64,000 bases of DNA, taken from positions 1,426,001 through 1,490,000 of the forward strand of contig JBODTK010000016.1 in assembly GCA_050613775.1 (NCBI GenBank). Reading direction: 5' to 3'. Below the pieces are notes generated by a model. The model had not been told where the DNA came from. It saw nothing but the letters and a program-made list of their open reading frames with translations, and did no database searches. The stretch comes from Neocallimastix sp. 'constans' (lineage: Eukaryota). Within the stretch, counting starts at the first letter, position 1; every line of letters starts with the position of its first letter. Position numbers and translations under genes: made by a program. Positions 31,364 to 48,080 of this stretch are shown in pieces.

Positions 31364-31915
31364 TTTATTTTTATTTTTATTATTCATTATTCATTATTCA
31401 TTATTCATTATTCATTATTCATTATTGTATCTTTATTGCTATGTATATATTTATAATTCGCTTTATTTGTATCCAAATTTTTTTAATAATGTTATTATTC
31501 CTTTATTCAAATTTCTTTTTTTATTTTATTTTATTTTATTTTTTTATTTAATTTTATATAGTACTATTTCCATTTTTTTTATTACCTTATTAATCTTTTG
31601 TTCGGTCTTTTTTTTTGATTTTTCTTTATCGGATGAATTCTTTCCAACATAAGTATTTACATAATTTACAATCGAATTAATATTATTTTGAATTTTTTCG
31701 ATGCCATTCGTTCTTTCTCTTTCCTTTTTTTTACCATTCTTTGTTTTCCGTTCTTCATTATTATTATTATTTTTTTCCTCAAACCCTTTTAACTTAACAA
31801 CAACATCATTAATAAAATCATTATATTTTTTAATAAATTCACATTCCTTTTCTTGATTTTCCTTTAGGAGTTCCGATAATTTCTCAGCATTATTATTAAT
31901 TTCAGTAAGATCCAT
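30017..31915 (-). CDS. Coiled-coil/charged protein with a C-terminal domain resembling the post-COR region of Roco-like proteins, 2 exons, ~476 aa
   Basis: Exons 31915-31565 and 31096-30017, joined by a phase-0 GT..AG intron that links the two ORF-track pieces. C-terminal pattern PRMFIILP...LNLLCE...H...GYSIRDP...FGPFL...LQTFLKRYD...FGGLDKR...VRWVCQRH. The family assignment is from recall of the motif, not from a search. Confidence 0.75.
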
Positions 31916-32066
31916 TACAAATATAATAAAAAATCCGAATTTATTATTTTATTTAATTTATTTGATATTATATGTATTATGGATTATTAATTACTTTGCT
32001 TCTTAGTTGATTCTATATATATAAATAATATAAATAATATAAATATTTATTTTTTTTTTCTTTTTC

Positions 32067-32097
<31 letters not shown>

Positions 32098-32486
32098 TAG
32101 AATAAAATTTAAAAATTAATATTTTTTTTAATATTATTGAAAATATAATTTTTTTTTTTTTTTTTGTTAATTATATAAAAATTACTATTATATTAAATTT
32201 TATCTTGAATAGTTATATAATTTAACAATTCATTACTATAAAATTGTACAATTTTTTTTTTAAAAATAAAATTATATATTATATATGTTTGATAACTTTA
32301 AAAAACATGTAAAATATTAATTGAAAGGAATATTCAAAGATGATATTTTAAAATTTTAAAAATTTTAATTAAATTTTTTTTTTTTTTTTTTAAATGTCAA
32401 TTCAATTCTAATTCTATAAAATTATAAAATTTAATTTATATTTAATTTTTGAAATTATTTTCATTATTAAAATATATTAGAGTTTA

Positions 32487-32771
<285 letters not shown>

Positions 32772-32951
32772 GTTTTTCTTGTTGATTTGTTTTTATTTGT
32801 TTCATAATTATTACTTCTTATATATTATAACAACAATATTTAAATATTGTTATAAAATAATATCTTCAATAACTTCTTTTTTTTTTTTTTTTATATTATA
32901 TATACTTATTAATTCAATATATATATATATGAAGTATATATTTGAACATAC

Positions 32952-33170
32952 TTCAATAAGTATTATAAAAATAAAATAACTTTCGTTATTTTATTTCGTT
33001 TATAAAAAATGTAATTAAATTTATAATTATCAATAAGTATTATTATAATAACAAATGTTATTTTATTTCGTTTATAAAAAAAGTAATTAAATTTATAATA
33101 ATTAATAAGTATTATAAAAGTAACGAATGTTTTTTTATTTTGTTAATAAAAAATGTAATTAAATTTTTGA
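32952..33170. repeat. Three degenerate tandem copies of a ~70-78 bp unit
   Basis: Repeated AATAAGTATTAT...GTTATTTTATTTCGTTTATAAAAAA.GTAATTAAATTT. Confidence 0.7.
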
Positions 33171-33395
33171 TAATCATAAGTTATATTGTTAATGCTAATT
33201 TATTTATTATTGCTATTCATGACTTGCTAATATTAAACCTTTTAATTTATTATTTTTTTTAAATAAAAAAAAAAGTTTGGAAATTTTATAAACTTTAATA
33301 ATTAATTAATTCATTCATTCATTTGATAATAATAGATGATTGTATATTTTACTGAACTAAAATCATTATAATTTTTTTTTCTCTATCTATTTATT

Positions 33396-33505
33396 AACCA
33401 GCAGAGAAAATGATCTGCCTATAAAAAGTGTTGTGACTACCTCAATATTCCCAATGCCCTTGAGAGGGAGGGAGACTGAAACTAATGGAGTTATACACAG
33501 GAAAT
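33396..33505 (+). mobile_element. Short GC-richer relic, probably a LINE fragment (copy D)
   Basis: With one frameshift it reads DLPIK/CCDYLNIPNALE, which aligns with ELPK...YLGVPFSNNLE of copy B. It is an isolated GC-rich island in AT background. Confidence 0.4.
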
Positions 33506-33771
33506 AAATGAATAAAAAAAAAAATTTGTATATAAATAAAATTATATTTTTGACTTTAATATTTATATGTGGTAAAATTTACTTTTAAATTTAATAAATT
33601 TAATGCATAAAATCCTAAAAATTTTTTATCATTATTCATAAAAATACTACTATTTTACAGGAATTATTTAAGGTTAATATATGTTTTAATATTAAAATAT
33701 CATTTATTATTATTATTATTACTATAATTATTACTATTATTATTACTATTATTATTACTATTATTTTATTA

Positions 33772-33816
<45 letters not shown>

Positions 33817-34274
33817 AATTTCAATTTAAACCTTTAGATTGAATAAAGAAATTCACATTTTCTCATGATATCATAGTAATACGTATATTATTTTACTATT
33901 TTTCTGTTAGCATTTGGTATTTTTATCAAAAAAATTTAAAAATAAAATCAATTTTTAATATATATATTGTCAAAAGAAATTTTTTAATAAACTTTAGTAT
34001 AAAAGATGAAAAATTTTTTATATTTTGAAAATGATGAATATTTATATATATATATTTTTTAATATATTTTTTTTATTATATTAAAGTATTGTAATAATTA
34101 TTAACTATTATTAACATTAAATTATATTATTATTATTATAATATTTTTTATATTTATATTAAAACATTTTTGGATAATACATATATGGAAATTAATGTAA
34201 TTATAAATATTTTATCCTAAAAATTTTTGAGAATACGTTTTGATTAAACTATTACATTGAAAGGTGTTATTTTA

Positions 34275-34305
<31 letters not shown>

Positions 34306-34427
34306 TTTATTTTTGGTTATTATTATTTTTTTTTTATTTTTTTTTTTATTTTATTTTTATATTATCTCTATATATTTATTATATAGAGATTACTATAAAG
34401 ATGTAATTCAAAAAAATATCAAATTTA

Positions 34428-36261
<1,834 letters not shown>

Positions 36262-38155
36262 TTTTTTTCTCCTCTTTCTCTCTCTCTCTTTTTTTTTCCT
36301 TTTGAATTATGAATAATATGAGTAATATAATAAATAGTAATATATAATATAGTATTTTTGTTAATTTATATCTTTTATTATAAAAAAATTTTAATTGTAT
36401 TAATAATAATTTACTGATTATATTATTAAACAATCTTATATATATCCTTTTATTATTATTATTATTATCATTATTGTCATTGGTGTTAATAATAATTATT
36501 AATTATATATTGAATAATTATTAATTATTCATTTATTATTATTATATATATATATTATTTTATTTTATTTTATTTTATTTTATATTACATTATATATATT
36601 ATAATAATATATTTTTTTATCACTATCCTTATAATTATTTTTTTATTTTAAAATCTTCTTTTTAAATTTGTAGTATTTTTAATTATATAATTGTGAATAT
36701 TATGTTAATTATGTTAATCATTTATTAATATTTAATATTAGGTTATTTAAATTTTGTTGCTCACTTATATTAAGTATTTTGTTATTCAAATTTAATTGCC
36801 TTTTAATATTAGATATTATATAATTTAAATTAAATTGCTTTTAACATTAGATAGTATGTTATTTAAATTTAATTGCTTATAAATATTAAATATTATGAAC
36901 TATATATATATACATATATATATATATATTTTTTTTTGTATAAATATCCAATATAAAGGAATTATATTATATATTTTATATATAATATTTTATTTTTTAT
37001 TTTAATTTTTATATATATATAGGAATTATTCAAGTAGTCTAAAAAAAAAAAAAAAGTGCATTTATTTTTAAAATTAATAAGAAAGCTATTGTACCTTTTT
37101 AAATTATAATATTACAATAACCTATTAACGAACAAATTAATGAATATTACTATTTTATCTAATAAAAAAAATAATATCAATTATTTAAATATTTAAAATA
37201 AAATAAAAATAAATATTAAATTAATTTATAAAAAAAAACGACTTTTTTATTATATATTTATTTCAAAGAAAAAAAAATTGAAAATAAAAAGAATATTTAT
37301 ATATATAAAATATATAAAAAAAATTAAAATTTTAATAATATAAAATAATAATAAAAAAAATTATAATAATAATTATAAAAAATAACAATAACAAATTTTA
37401 TTAAATAAACTATATATAAAATATAAAATATAAAAATTCTATTTATTAAATTTTATTTTATGAATATAATTAATTAGATATATATATTTTTAACTTTATC
37501 AACATATAGTATAATTATGTATAGTAGTAAAAGTAAATATTACAAATATTATATTTTACTTTTTTTTCTCTCTCTCTTTATTTCTTTGTATAAATATTAT
37601 ACTATAATAATTTTATAATATCATTATTTATTAATAATCATTTTATAATCACATTAAAACTATGATAAATCAACTATCTACTATTTATTCCACAACTATA
37701 TATATATATATATAATTATTAAGATGAATGATAATTCTCATTTTTATCTTTTTATTTTATTTTAATTTTTTTTTTTTTGTTAATTATACATATTGTTTTT
37801 CAGTTTAATAATGTTTATATCATACATTAAAAATATAATATTAATATATTTCAAAATGGCTTTGAAATCATTACTTTTAATAAAAAATATATCATAAATA
37901 AAAAAATATTTTCAATTCAATAAAATTTACAGTTAAACTTTTATTATTAAAGTTTTTGTATATTATAATAAAAGAATATAATATTTAAATTATGGTGAAA
38001 AAATTAAACTCAATTTTTTATTTTTTATTTTTTTTTTATTTTTTTTGTTCTATTATTATAAATATTTATTTTTATTATTTATCTAAATTTTACTTTATTA
38101 TATTATTACTAATATACCTTAATTATAAATTTTATTATTAGTATAATTATTTTTC

Positions 38156-38296
<141 letters not shown>

Positions 38297-38659
38297 TAAT
38301 ATATTTATTATTCATATTATTATTATCATTAATATTATTATATCTTTACTATATCTTATTATTAGATATTATTAATATTATTGATATTATTAATTATTTG
38401 TATTAATTTTAAATTTTAAAAATAATTAAAAAGATTTTAATTATCGAAATTTCCTTTTAAGTTAAATATATTAATTAAAAATTAAAATAACTATAAAAAA
38501 AAATAATAATAAAATAAAATATAATAAAATAAAATAAAAAACAAAATAAAATAAAGATAATAATAATAAGAAGAAGAAGAAGAATTTTAATATTTAAAGA
38601 AATTGATTTTAACCAAAAAAGGCAATGAATGTAATTGAATAGTCAAATAAAAGATAAGG

Positions 38660-38695
<36 letters not shown>

Positions 38696-38871
38696 TACTT
38701 ATTATACTTATTATGAAATGATCAAAAAATAAATATAATAAAATAATATAACCATATTGTATAAACTTATTAAAATAAATAAATAAAAAATATAAAAAAA
38801 AATAATATAAAGAATTAAATATGGTCATATTTGTATTTTAATTTTGCTTATACATTTATATTTTATTTAAC

Positions 38872-39250
38872 ATTATTACAATAATATATAATACTATATA
38901 TTATTATAATATTATTTGTATATTCTCTTTTCTTTAATGCTTTACTTTTTAATTTTAATTATACTTAATCTTTTTTTAAAAATTTTTATTAATAAGTTAT
39001 ATTTTTATTTTTTGTTTTTTTAATTTTTTATTTTAAATTTTTATTTATAAAAAGTAATATAAATTGTTCATTACAATAATATATAATAATATAATATTAT
39101 TTGTATATTCTCTTTTCTTTAATACTTTACATTTTTAATTTTAATTATACTTAAATCTTTTTTTAAATTATTAATAAGTTATATTTTTATTTTTTGTTTT
39201 TTTAATTTTTTGTTTTAAATTTTTATTTATAAAAAATAATATAAATTGTT
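38872..39250. repeat. Tandem duplication of a ~180-190 bp AT-rich segment
   Basis: TATTATTTGTATATTCTCTTTTCTTTAAT..TTTAC..TTTTAATTTTAATTATACTTAA...GTTATATTTTTATTTTTTGTTTTTTTAA...TAATATAAATTGTTC occurs twice, at ~38910-39070 and ~39095-39251. Confidence 0.85.
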
Positions 39251-39787
39251 CCTTAAGTAATATTTTACTTTTAGACATTTCAACATAATGTGGATAAATA
39301 ATAAATAATTGAATGTTTTTTACTTATAAATTATTAATTTTAAATAATAATTTATATAAAATAATCAAATAATAGAACAATACGTAATGTACGCAATTAG
39401 AAATCATTTATATTTATAGATATATATATAATTTTGTATTATCAAATTTCTTTTTTTAAATAACAAATTTATAAAATAATTTATTATATAATAAATTATA
39501 TAATCTAGAATATTAAATATAAAAATTTGATAGACGTCCATTAATAAAAAAATTATTACTATTACTATTATTAGGAAGTGTCTTTTAAAATTAAAAGGTT
39601 ACTTGCAATATATTTTAATATTTTTATTGTATTATGAAGTGTCTTTCAAAATTAAAAGGTTTCTTTCAATATATTTTAATATTTTTATTTTTTAATTATA
39701 ATAAATATTTAACAATTATAAATATTTAATTTAATTACTATTAAATAATAATAAATATTTTTCTAGTTTTTATTATATTTTTTAATC

Positions 39788-39886
<99 letters not shown>

Positions 39887-40209
39887 TAAATCCTAAAAAC
39901 AAATTATAATTAAAACTAATCAAATCATATTAAATAATAAATCAGTTGATTAAAATATTTTTATTTAATTACACAAAATAAAATAAAAAAAAATAATTAC
40001 ATATTTAATTATAATTATATATTTTTTTTTTTAATGATTCTAAAGAAATATAGTTACATTAATTTACCATGTAAATTTTATATTATTATTACTTCTTTTT
40101 AAAATAACAAATTCTTCATTATTCATAAATATATAAGTAATAAAATAAAAATAAACCTTAAATATCTAATATAAAGCAATAATCATATCAAAATATATAT
40201 TAAATTCAT

Positions 40210-40240
<31 letters not shown>

Positions 40241-40499
40241 ATACAATGAATATAACTAATATTATAATCTTTTTTATATAAAATTTATAATATTAACATT
40301 TTTTTTAAAGCAATTAATATAACTAATATCATAATCTTTTATATATAAAATTTATAATATTAATATTAAATTTAAATATTTAAAAAATTTGATTATTCTA
40401 CAAATTTTATTATCACATTTAGAAATTTAGCTTTTATTATTATTATTATTGTTATTATTATTTTTAATACCTAATTTTAAATTATTTAAATTTGGCACT

Positions 40500-41362
40500 A
40501 TGGAAAAATCAGATGAAGAAAAAAAAATAGATGACATTTTAAAAGATATTCATAATGATTTTATGGATTATTTTGACAATATTGATATACCAAAGGAAGG
40601 GAGTACTTCATTTCATGGTATAAAAAACAATATTATAATAATATATAAAAATTTTTATATAATAAATATTTATCAAAAAATAGAATATAATTAATTTAAA
40701 ATTTCAAATTTTTTTAAAAAAAAAAAAATAATAATATTAAATTGTTACTATTATTATTATTTTTATTATTATATATATTGTTGTTTTGTTTTATATAAAA
40801 GATTTAAACAATAAGAAAAGTATTTATGAATTGGAAAGTGAGTTTCATCAATCAATAGAGAAAGTTAGAAATTCATTACTGAAATTTAAAGAAACCTGTT
40901 TAACTGAAAAAGATAAGAATCTTACACTAAGAAAATTAATGATAGTTTTAAATGTAAAGCAACTTAATAAAAATATACTAAAGATAAATAAATAAAAAAT
41001 AGAAATTTCAAACAATTAATTCTTCATATATGTATATTAAAAGAATCAAAATCAAAATAGACAAATTATAAATGATTGGAAAGCAACAGGTAATGATTGT
41101 CTCGAAGCATTAAGACAAGTTTGTAAAGTAGATAAACTTCAAATAATGAAAAAGAGTTTAATTGAATTAGCAACTGACTTAAAGTAATAAAATAATATTG
41201 AATTACTTTATTTTTATTGAATCATTTTACCATTTCACAAATATATATATATATATATTTTAAGAAAAAAAAATAATAATAATAATAATAATATATAAAT
41301 TTCAAGATAAATAAATTTTAAAATTAATTTATTAATTTCAATTTATATATATAAATGTTTTC

Positions 41363-41433
<71 letters not shown>

Positions 41434-41652
41434 TTAATAAATAAAATATATATATAATAATAAAGATTACAATTCTTCTGTGATAAATTCTCAAATAATA
41501 TATGTGAAAAGATATCATTATTTGGAAAAGTTATAGTTATTGATGTAAGTTACTTATTAATTTAGAAATTCATTAATATAAAACTATATATATCATTTAG
41601 TACATAAATAAACCATTATAATCATTATATCAATCTAAAAATAAAAATAAAA

Positions 41653-41685
<33 letters not shown>

Positions 41686-42282
41686 ATAATAATAAATTTT
41701 ATCTTTATTAAAGTAACATTTTTTATACTTTTTTTCAGTAATATTATTATTAACTTTATTTAAATATTAAATATATATATATAGGTTGGATTAGACAAAG
41801 ATGGAAACACCATATTAATTGAACTTGCTCCAAATGATAAGATTACTAATATTAAAAATGTAATATATTCATCTAAAATTGTCGTATATATGCTTCATTA
41901 ATTACAAAATTTAATTAAATTTTTTATTTATAAATACTAAATATATTTATTTCATTTTTAATTAGATTCAAGAATTGTTAAAAAAATATTTAAAGTAAGA
42001 TTAAATTTAAATGCAATATTTATTTTATATAATCATATTTATGATTTATACCTTTATTAATTATTAATATATATATATATATTATTTTTTCAGAGAAAAT
42101 AATATTAAGAAATTTTACGAAATACTATCAAATTTAGCCTATTTAGATAAACATTCAAATGATAAAATTGATCTCTTTAATAATATTCAGTGTATAGAAA
42201 ATACATTGAAAAAAATTAACGAAATTGAAAGGTTTTTTTTTTTTTTTTTTTTAATTTTAGTTTAATTTTTATTTATTTAATT

Positions 42283-42330
<48 letters not shown>

Positions 42331-42688
42331 TTTTTTATGCTACTTCATTTTATATATATTAATCATAATCATATTAATAATAATCAATTAATTTTATTTA
42401 TATAGCAAAGATAGAGCCATATCTGATGTTATTCAATATGGACATGGATACCCTTTAATCTCTGTTAATAGATTTGGACCAAGTATAATATATTGGGGAA
42501 CACCTTCAGCATTAAGACAAATTAATTGGACCGAATTCGCAAAGGCAGAAGACGGTATAGTATATATTAATAATGATTATATTAATAATATATTTAAAGT
42601 GGTAATAATAATTAACATTTATTTATTTATTAATATGAATTATAAATTAATATTTATAATAATCTTAAAAAATTTTAAATATTCATAA

Positions 42689-42763
<75 letters not shown>

Positions 42764-43006
42764 GATGAAAAAGCAACGATTATGAATTTAGGATTTTACA
42801 AAGCAATAATAACTATTATTACTACTAAGGGTAATAGCTTTTTCCTACCAAAATCAGAGAGCAGTTATGTGAAATCTTCAACAGATATGATAGACGACAA
42901 ATTAACAATAGCGTAATATATAATATTCATATTTAATTTGCATTATTCATCTATTATCCAATTTATTTATTTATTTATTTATTTATTTATTTGTTTGTTT
43001 GTTTGT

Positions 43007-43089
<83 letters not shown>

Positions 43090-43492
43090 TTTTACTTAAT
43101 TACTAATATAATTAAGAACTGTTAAAACGCCTTTATCAGAATTACAATTTGTAACTGATATTAAGGATGTAGCTAACTTAAATTCAAAAACTTATTGTTT
43201 AACCTTAGACCCACCAATAATTGCTACAATAGAAATGGAAAAACAAATATTGAAAATATTAAATAATTCAGATGAGGATTATAATAATAAACAATGTGAT
43301 TTTGTTGATAATAATATACAGATATTTAATAGTCAATTATTTAAAAATTCAAAATTATATATTGAAAACTTATTAGTAAGAAATTAATCAATACTATTGT
43401 CATATTATTTATTAATAATAATTATTTATCATTATGATAAATAGATTGAATAAAAAAGTATATGTAATTAATAATATTCCTGATTATTATTA

Positions 43493-43535
<43 letters not shown>

Positions 43536-43604
43536 GATTTATGATAAATTTTCATCTGTTATTGATTTTACAAAAATAGATAATTCATTCTATATTGTAA
43601 GTTT

Positions 43605-43656
<52 letters not shown>

Positions 43657-43860
43657 ATACTAATTTATCTTTATATATGTAAAAATAAAAATATTAGAAA
43701 AAGAAAAATATTTATCCACAACAATATATGTTTAATGAATCTAAAGTTCATGGTCTTGTTGTTAGACATATTCCATTTAGAGATCCATCCCAAATTTATT
43801 CAATATTTAAAGTAAAACTATTAATGATATATATATATATTATTTTTATTTTTTTATTTT

Positions 43861-43891
<31 letters not shown>

Positions 43892-44094
43892 TTAATCTAC
43901 ATATTTATTATTAATCTACATATTTATTATTAATCTATATATTTATTAATAATATTTATTATTTATATATTTATGATAGGTATTACGTCAACAATTAATT
44001 TTCAATACTTTATTCCAAAGTTGTATGGACAATAATAATAATAATTCTAAAAATAAAGTTAAGGATGAAAGTTCCAGCTTATCAATTAAAAGTA

Positions 44095-44133
<39 letters not shown>

Positions 44134-44205
44134 CATTACATATCATAATAATTTTACATACATTGTTTTGTTTATTAATTAATTTTATTCATATATTATT
44201 TTAAT

Positions 44206-44255
<50 letters not shown>

Positions 44256-44577
44256 TAAATAATAAGGCTATTTTGAAGAATTTCATGTTATCTTAGAGGT
44301 TTTTATTTCAAATGCACCAAATGAAATAACCATTGTATTTAATCATCCTTCCAAACCAGGATTAATTACGGTAACCATTTCAATTCCATTAGAAAATCCT
44401 GATGAAAATCTTAAAGTAACTTATAATGAAAAAAGTCTTCTTGAAATGGAAAATCATTTCCTTGGTGGTTTTTCAGAGATGAATGATGAAAAATTAAGAA
44501 GTGAAAAATTAACCCAAGTATTAAAATTATCCTATAATATTCCATTATTAATTCATTATTTAATGAAATGTATTTAA
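40500..44577 (+). CDS. MED1: Mediator of RNA polymerase II transcription subunit 1, 14 exons, ~627 aa
   Basis: Exons 40500-40617, 40802-40953, 41044-41183, 41466-41544, 41785-41859, 41966-41994, 42094-42231, 42406-42554, 42765-42912, 43117-43375, 43537-43596, 43698-43811, 43980-44091, 44267-44577; all GT-AG with total length divisible by 3. Med1-like motifs GKVIVIDV, GHGYP, LDPPI, VRHIPFRDPSQIYSIFKVLRQQLIFNTLFQSC, ITIVFNHP, SYNIPLLI. Confidence 0.82.
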
Positions 44578-44756
44578 AAAAAAAAAAAATATGATAAAAA
44601 TAAAAAAAATATTAAGCAAATATATATAAATATTTATTATTAATAAAAAAAAAAAATAAAAATAAAAATAAAAAAGTAAATAAGTAAATAACAAAAATAA
44701 AAAAATTATAACAAAAAAAAAAAAAAAAAAAAAAAAGTATATATGTGTGTTACAAA

Positions 44757-44802
<46 letters not shown>

Positions 44803-44938
44803 CAATAATTATCCATTAATGTATCTTTAACTACTATGATAAAAACGAAAATAATAATAATATATATATTAATATTATTATTTATTTATTTATTTATCTA
44901 CTTATTTATTTATAATACAATTTAATTAAATTTTTATA

Positions 44939-45021
<83 letters not shown>

Positions 45022-45166
45022 AACTGTTACTACTATTATTATAACTATTAAATCAGTTTTTAATATAGATTTAAATTAGATACATATATTATTATTTCTT
45101 TATTATTTATATTTGATAATAATAGATTAAATAAATTATTTATTATTTATATATTTGTTGTTTTGT

Positions 45167-45203
<37 letters not shown>

Positions 45204-45593
45204 TAATATCATTATATTAATATTATTATTATCCTTTTTTTTTTTCTTTTTTTTTTTTTTTTATCAATAAAACATAATTTTTATTATAAATATAAAAAAA
45301 AATAAAATTTTAAATAAAATTTTAAATAAAATAAAAATTTTAAAATAGTATTTAAAGAAAGGAGATATTAAGGTATCCATTTTAATGATTAATTATATAA
45401 AGGTTTTCTTAATTATTATAGCATTTAATTCTAATTTAAATGAATTTATACTACTATATTAAAAATATATATATATTATATATATATATATAGTTATTCA
45501 TTATTATTTGTATCAATCATTTTTATTTTTTAATTATTATTCTTATTATTCTTATTATTATTATTATTGAAAATAATTCTAATTATTTAAAAA

Positions 45594-46622
45594 TTATTTT
45601 GATCTTCTTCCTTTTCTTTCTATTATTACAGGTGCTTGTTTTTTACTATTTCCTTCAATATTATTCATTTCATTAACATCTAATGGAGTTATTTCATTAT
45701 TTTTATGTTGTTTTGAATTTGAATTTGCAATTTCTTGATTTACAAATAGTCCACCTTTTATTAATATTATTATTATTTTCAACAGTTGTATGTATTATTG
45801 ATAGTATTGTAATGACATAAATATTAAAAATAATATAATAATAAAATAATATAATATTAAAAATGTATTTATAATATATACAGAAAAAAGTTTAATATAG
45901 ATATTTATATATTATGAAAAAAAAAAAAATAGTTATAATAATTTATATATATATATAAATAGGTATTCATAAATTATTAAATTTTTTTTTTCTTTTCTCT
46001 TACTTATAGTTGGCCTATGTTTAGTAGAAGAATTTTTAGTATTTAAGTTATTAACAAAATTATTAAATTCTTCCTCTTCTTCTTTTGATTCGAAATTGAA
46101 ATTTTGTTGTCCTTCTATTGTACTATTACTACCTACTGTTTTTGAATGAGATGAGAATTTTCGGAAAGAAGCTTTACTGAAAGTTTTTGATATAGTATTT
46201 TTTAAATATTTAAATCCATATTTTTTAGTTCCTTTATTTTTATCTTTAGAATTTTCTTGGTTTTCACCATTTTTTCCATCTTTTTTATTCTTCTTCGTTT
46301 CCTCAGCAACATCTTCATTACTAGATTTATTACTCTGATTACCACCATTACTACTATCACTGGAATGACAACTGAGGGTAATACTTAGATCTTTCTTATT
46401 AAGTTCGAAAGCTTTAGCATAAGCTCTACTAGAAACGGAATTTTTATTGGTTGTTGTTTTACTGGTATTTGCAGAAGTGACATTTTCCATACTTCCATGA
46501 CCTGTTGGTGTACAAGAATTTAAGGAATTTTCTGACGATTGTACAGAACTAGGTATACTGCCAGACATATCCATGAATGCCTGTTTCGTAATATAGCATC
46601 CTTCATCGGGTGAAATACTCAT
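45594..46622 (-). CDS. Hypothetical S/N/K-rich low-complexity protein, 2 exons, ~259 aa
   Basis: Exons 46622-46004 (donor GTAAG) and 45754-45594 (acceptor AAAG), phase 1. Coding-like composition, an in-frame stop just upstream of the ATG, and no recognisable domain. Confidence 0.7.
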
Positions 46623-47010
46623 TTTAAATTAAGTATTGGAATCAAGATTTGAATTACAATTAGTATTATTTAGAATTTAAATTTGAATTTGAATTTAAGT
46701 AGAATTAAATGAAGAACTTGAGTTGGGATTAAAAATTAATATTACTATAAGTATTTTAATTAGTGTTTAAAAATAGTATTTAATATCAGTTTTAGTATAG
46801 AAATGAGTTTCAAATTATCCAATTGAATATATATTCGAATTTAATTTAAGTAATTTTTTTTTAAGATAGTTAAATTGAAAATGAAATGAAAATTACTTAA
46901 AGTTGTAACCTTAGAAAAATAAAAATGAGTAAAAGATTGAAAAATTGAGAAATGCTTTTTTTTTTTAAAAAAAAAAAATAAAAAATAAAATAAAATAAAA
47001 TAAAATAAAT

Positions 47011-47059
<49 letters not shown>

Positions 47060-48046
47060 AGAAAAAGAAGATTTTCATATAAAGAATTTGTTGTTATTAT
47101 TAAAGTTTTATAAATAATTGTTTAGATGATTGATTATATAATAATTTTTTTTTTCCCCTTCTTTTTTTTTTTTTTTTTTTTTTTTAATTAATTTCTTTTA
47201 TATATCTATAACTACTTCATTAATATTATTCGTTGAATTATTAATTTTGTTATTATTATTTGATGTAATGACAGTTTCATTATTTATTTCGTTTATGAGA
47301 TATATTACATATTTAATGTCATATGAATATAATATATATAATACAATAACATCAAAAAAAAAAAATAAACGATAAAAAGTTATTTTATTGAGTTATTTTT
47401 GATTTTTTTTTTTTTTTTTTTTTTCTTATTTTTATATTTTGTTTGTTTGTTTGTTTTTATTATTTTCCTTTTTTTTTAATTTTTGAATGCTGAAAAAAAT
47501 TATAAAAAAAAAAAGAAGGAAAGAAAAAAATGAATGAATTTTTTATAAATAATTTAATATAAGTGCTTTTCTTTTTTCCACATTATTTCTCCATATATTA
47601 GTAAAGAGATAAAAAAAAAAAATTACTGATATTTTTATAATTGATCCAATGTACTCTTATATTAATTTTAATATTAATATTATTGATTTATATATATTTA
47701 CAATAAAAAAAAAAAAGGTATATGTATGTAAATATATTTAATATAAAAAGCTATAGATAAATATGAAAAATAAGATATAATATATATATATATATATAAA
47801 TTATATGGTTAGTACATTTACATAAATTTTATTTATAATATTAGAATAATTTTATAATAATATTTAATTAGTGATATACAATAAATTATATAAATGAATG
47901 ATAAAATATATTAAAAAACTACAATATTAACAAAAAATGATATACTGAATAGTAATAGTTTTATGTAATAGTATCCTAAATTTAAACTAATAAAAATATA
48001 AATTTTATTTTAAAAATATATTTTATGTATCAATTTTTTTCTTTCT

Positions 48047-48080
<34 letters not shown>

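Noticed and set aside
45740..46025. CRIB motif in the hypothetical protein (RPTISGLFVNQ)
   Set aside because: It lacks the conserved Pro and His residues of ISxPxxFxHxxH.
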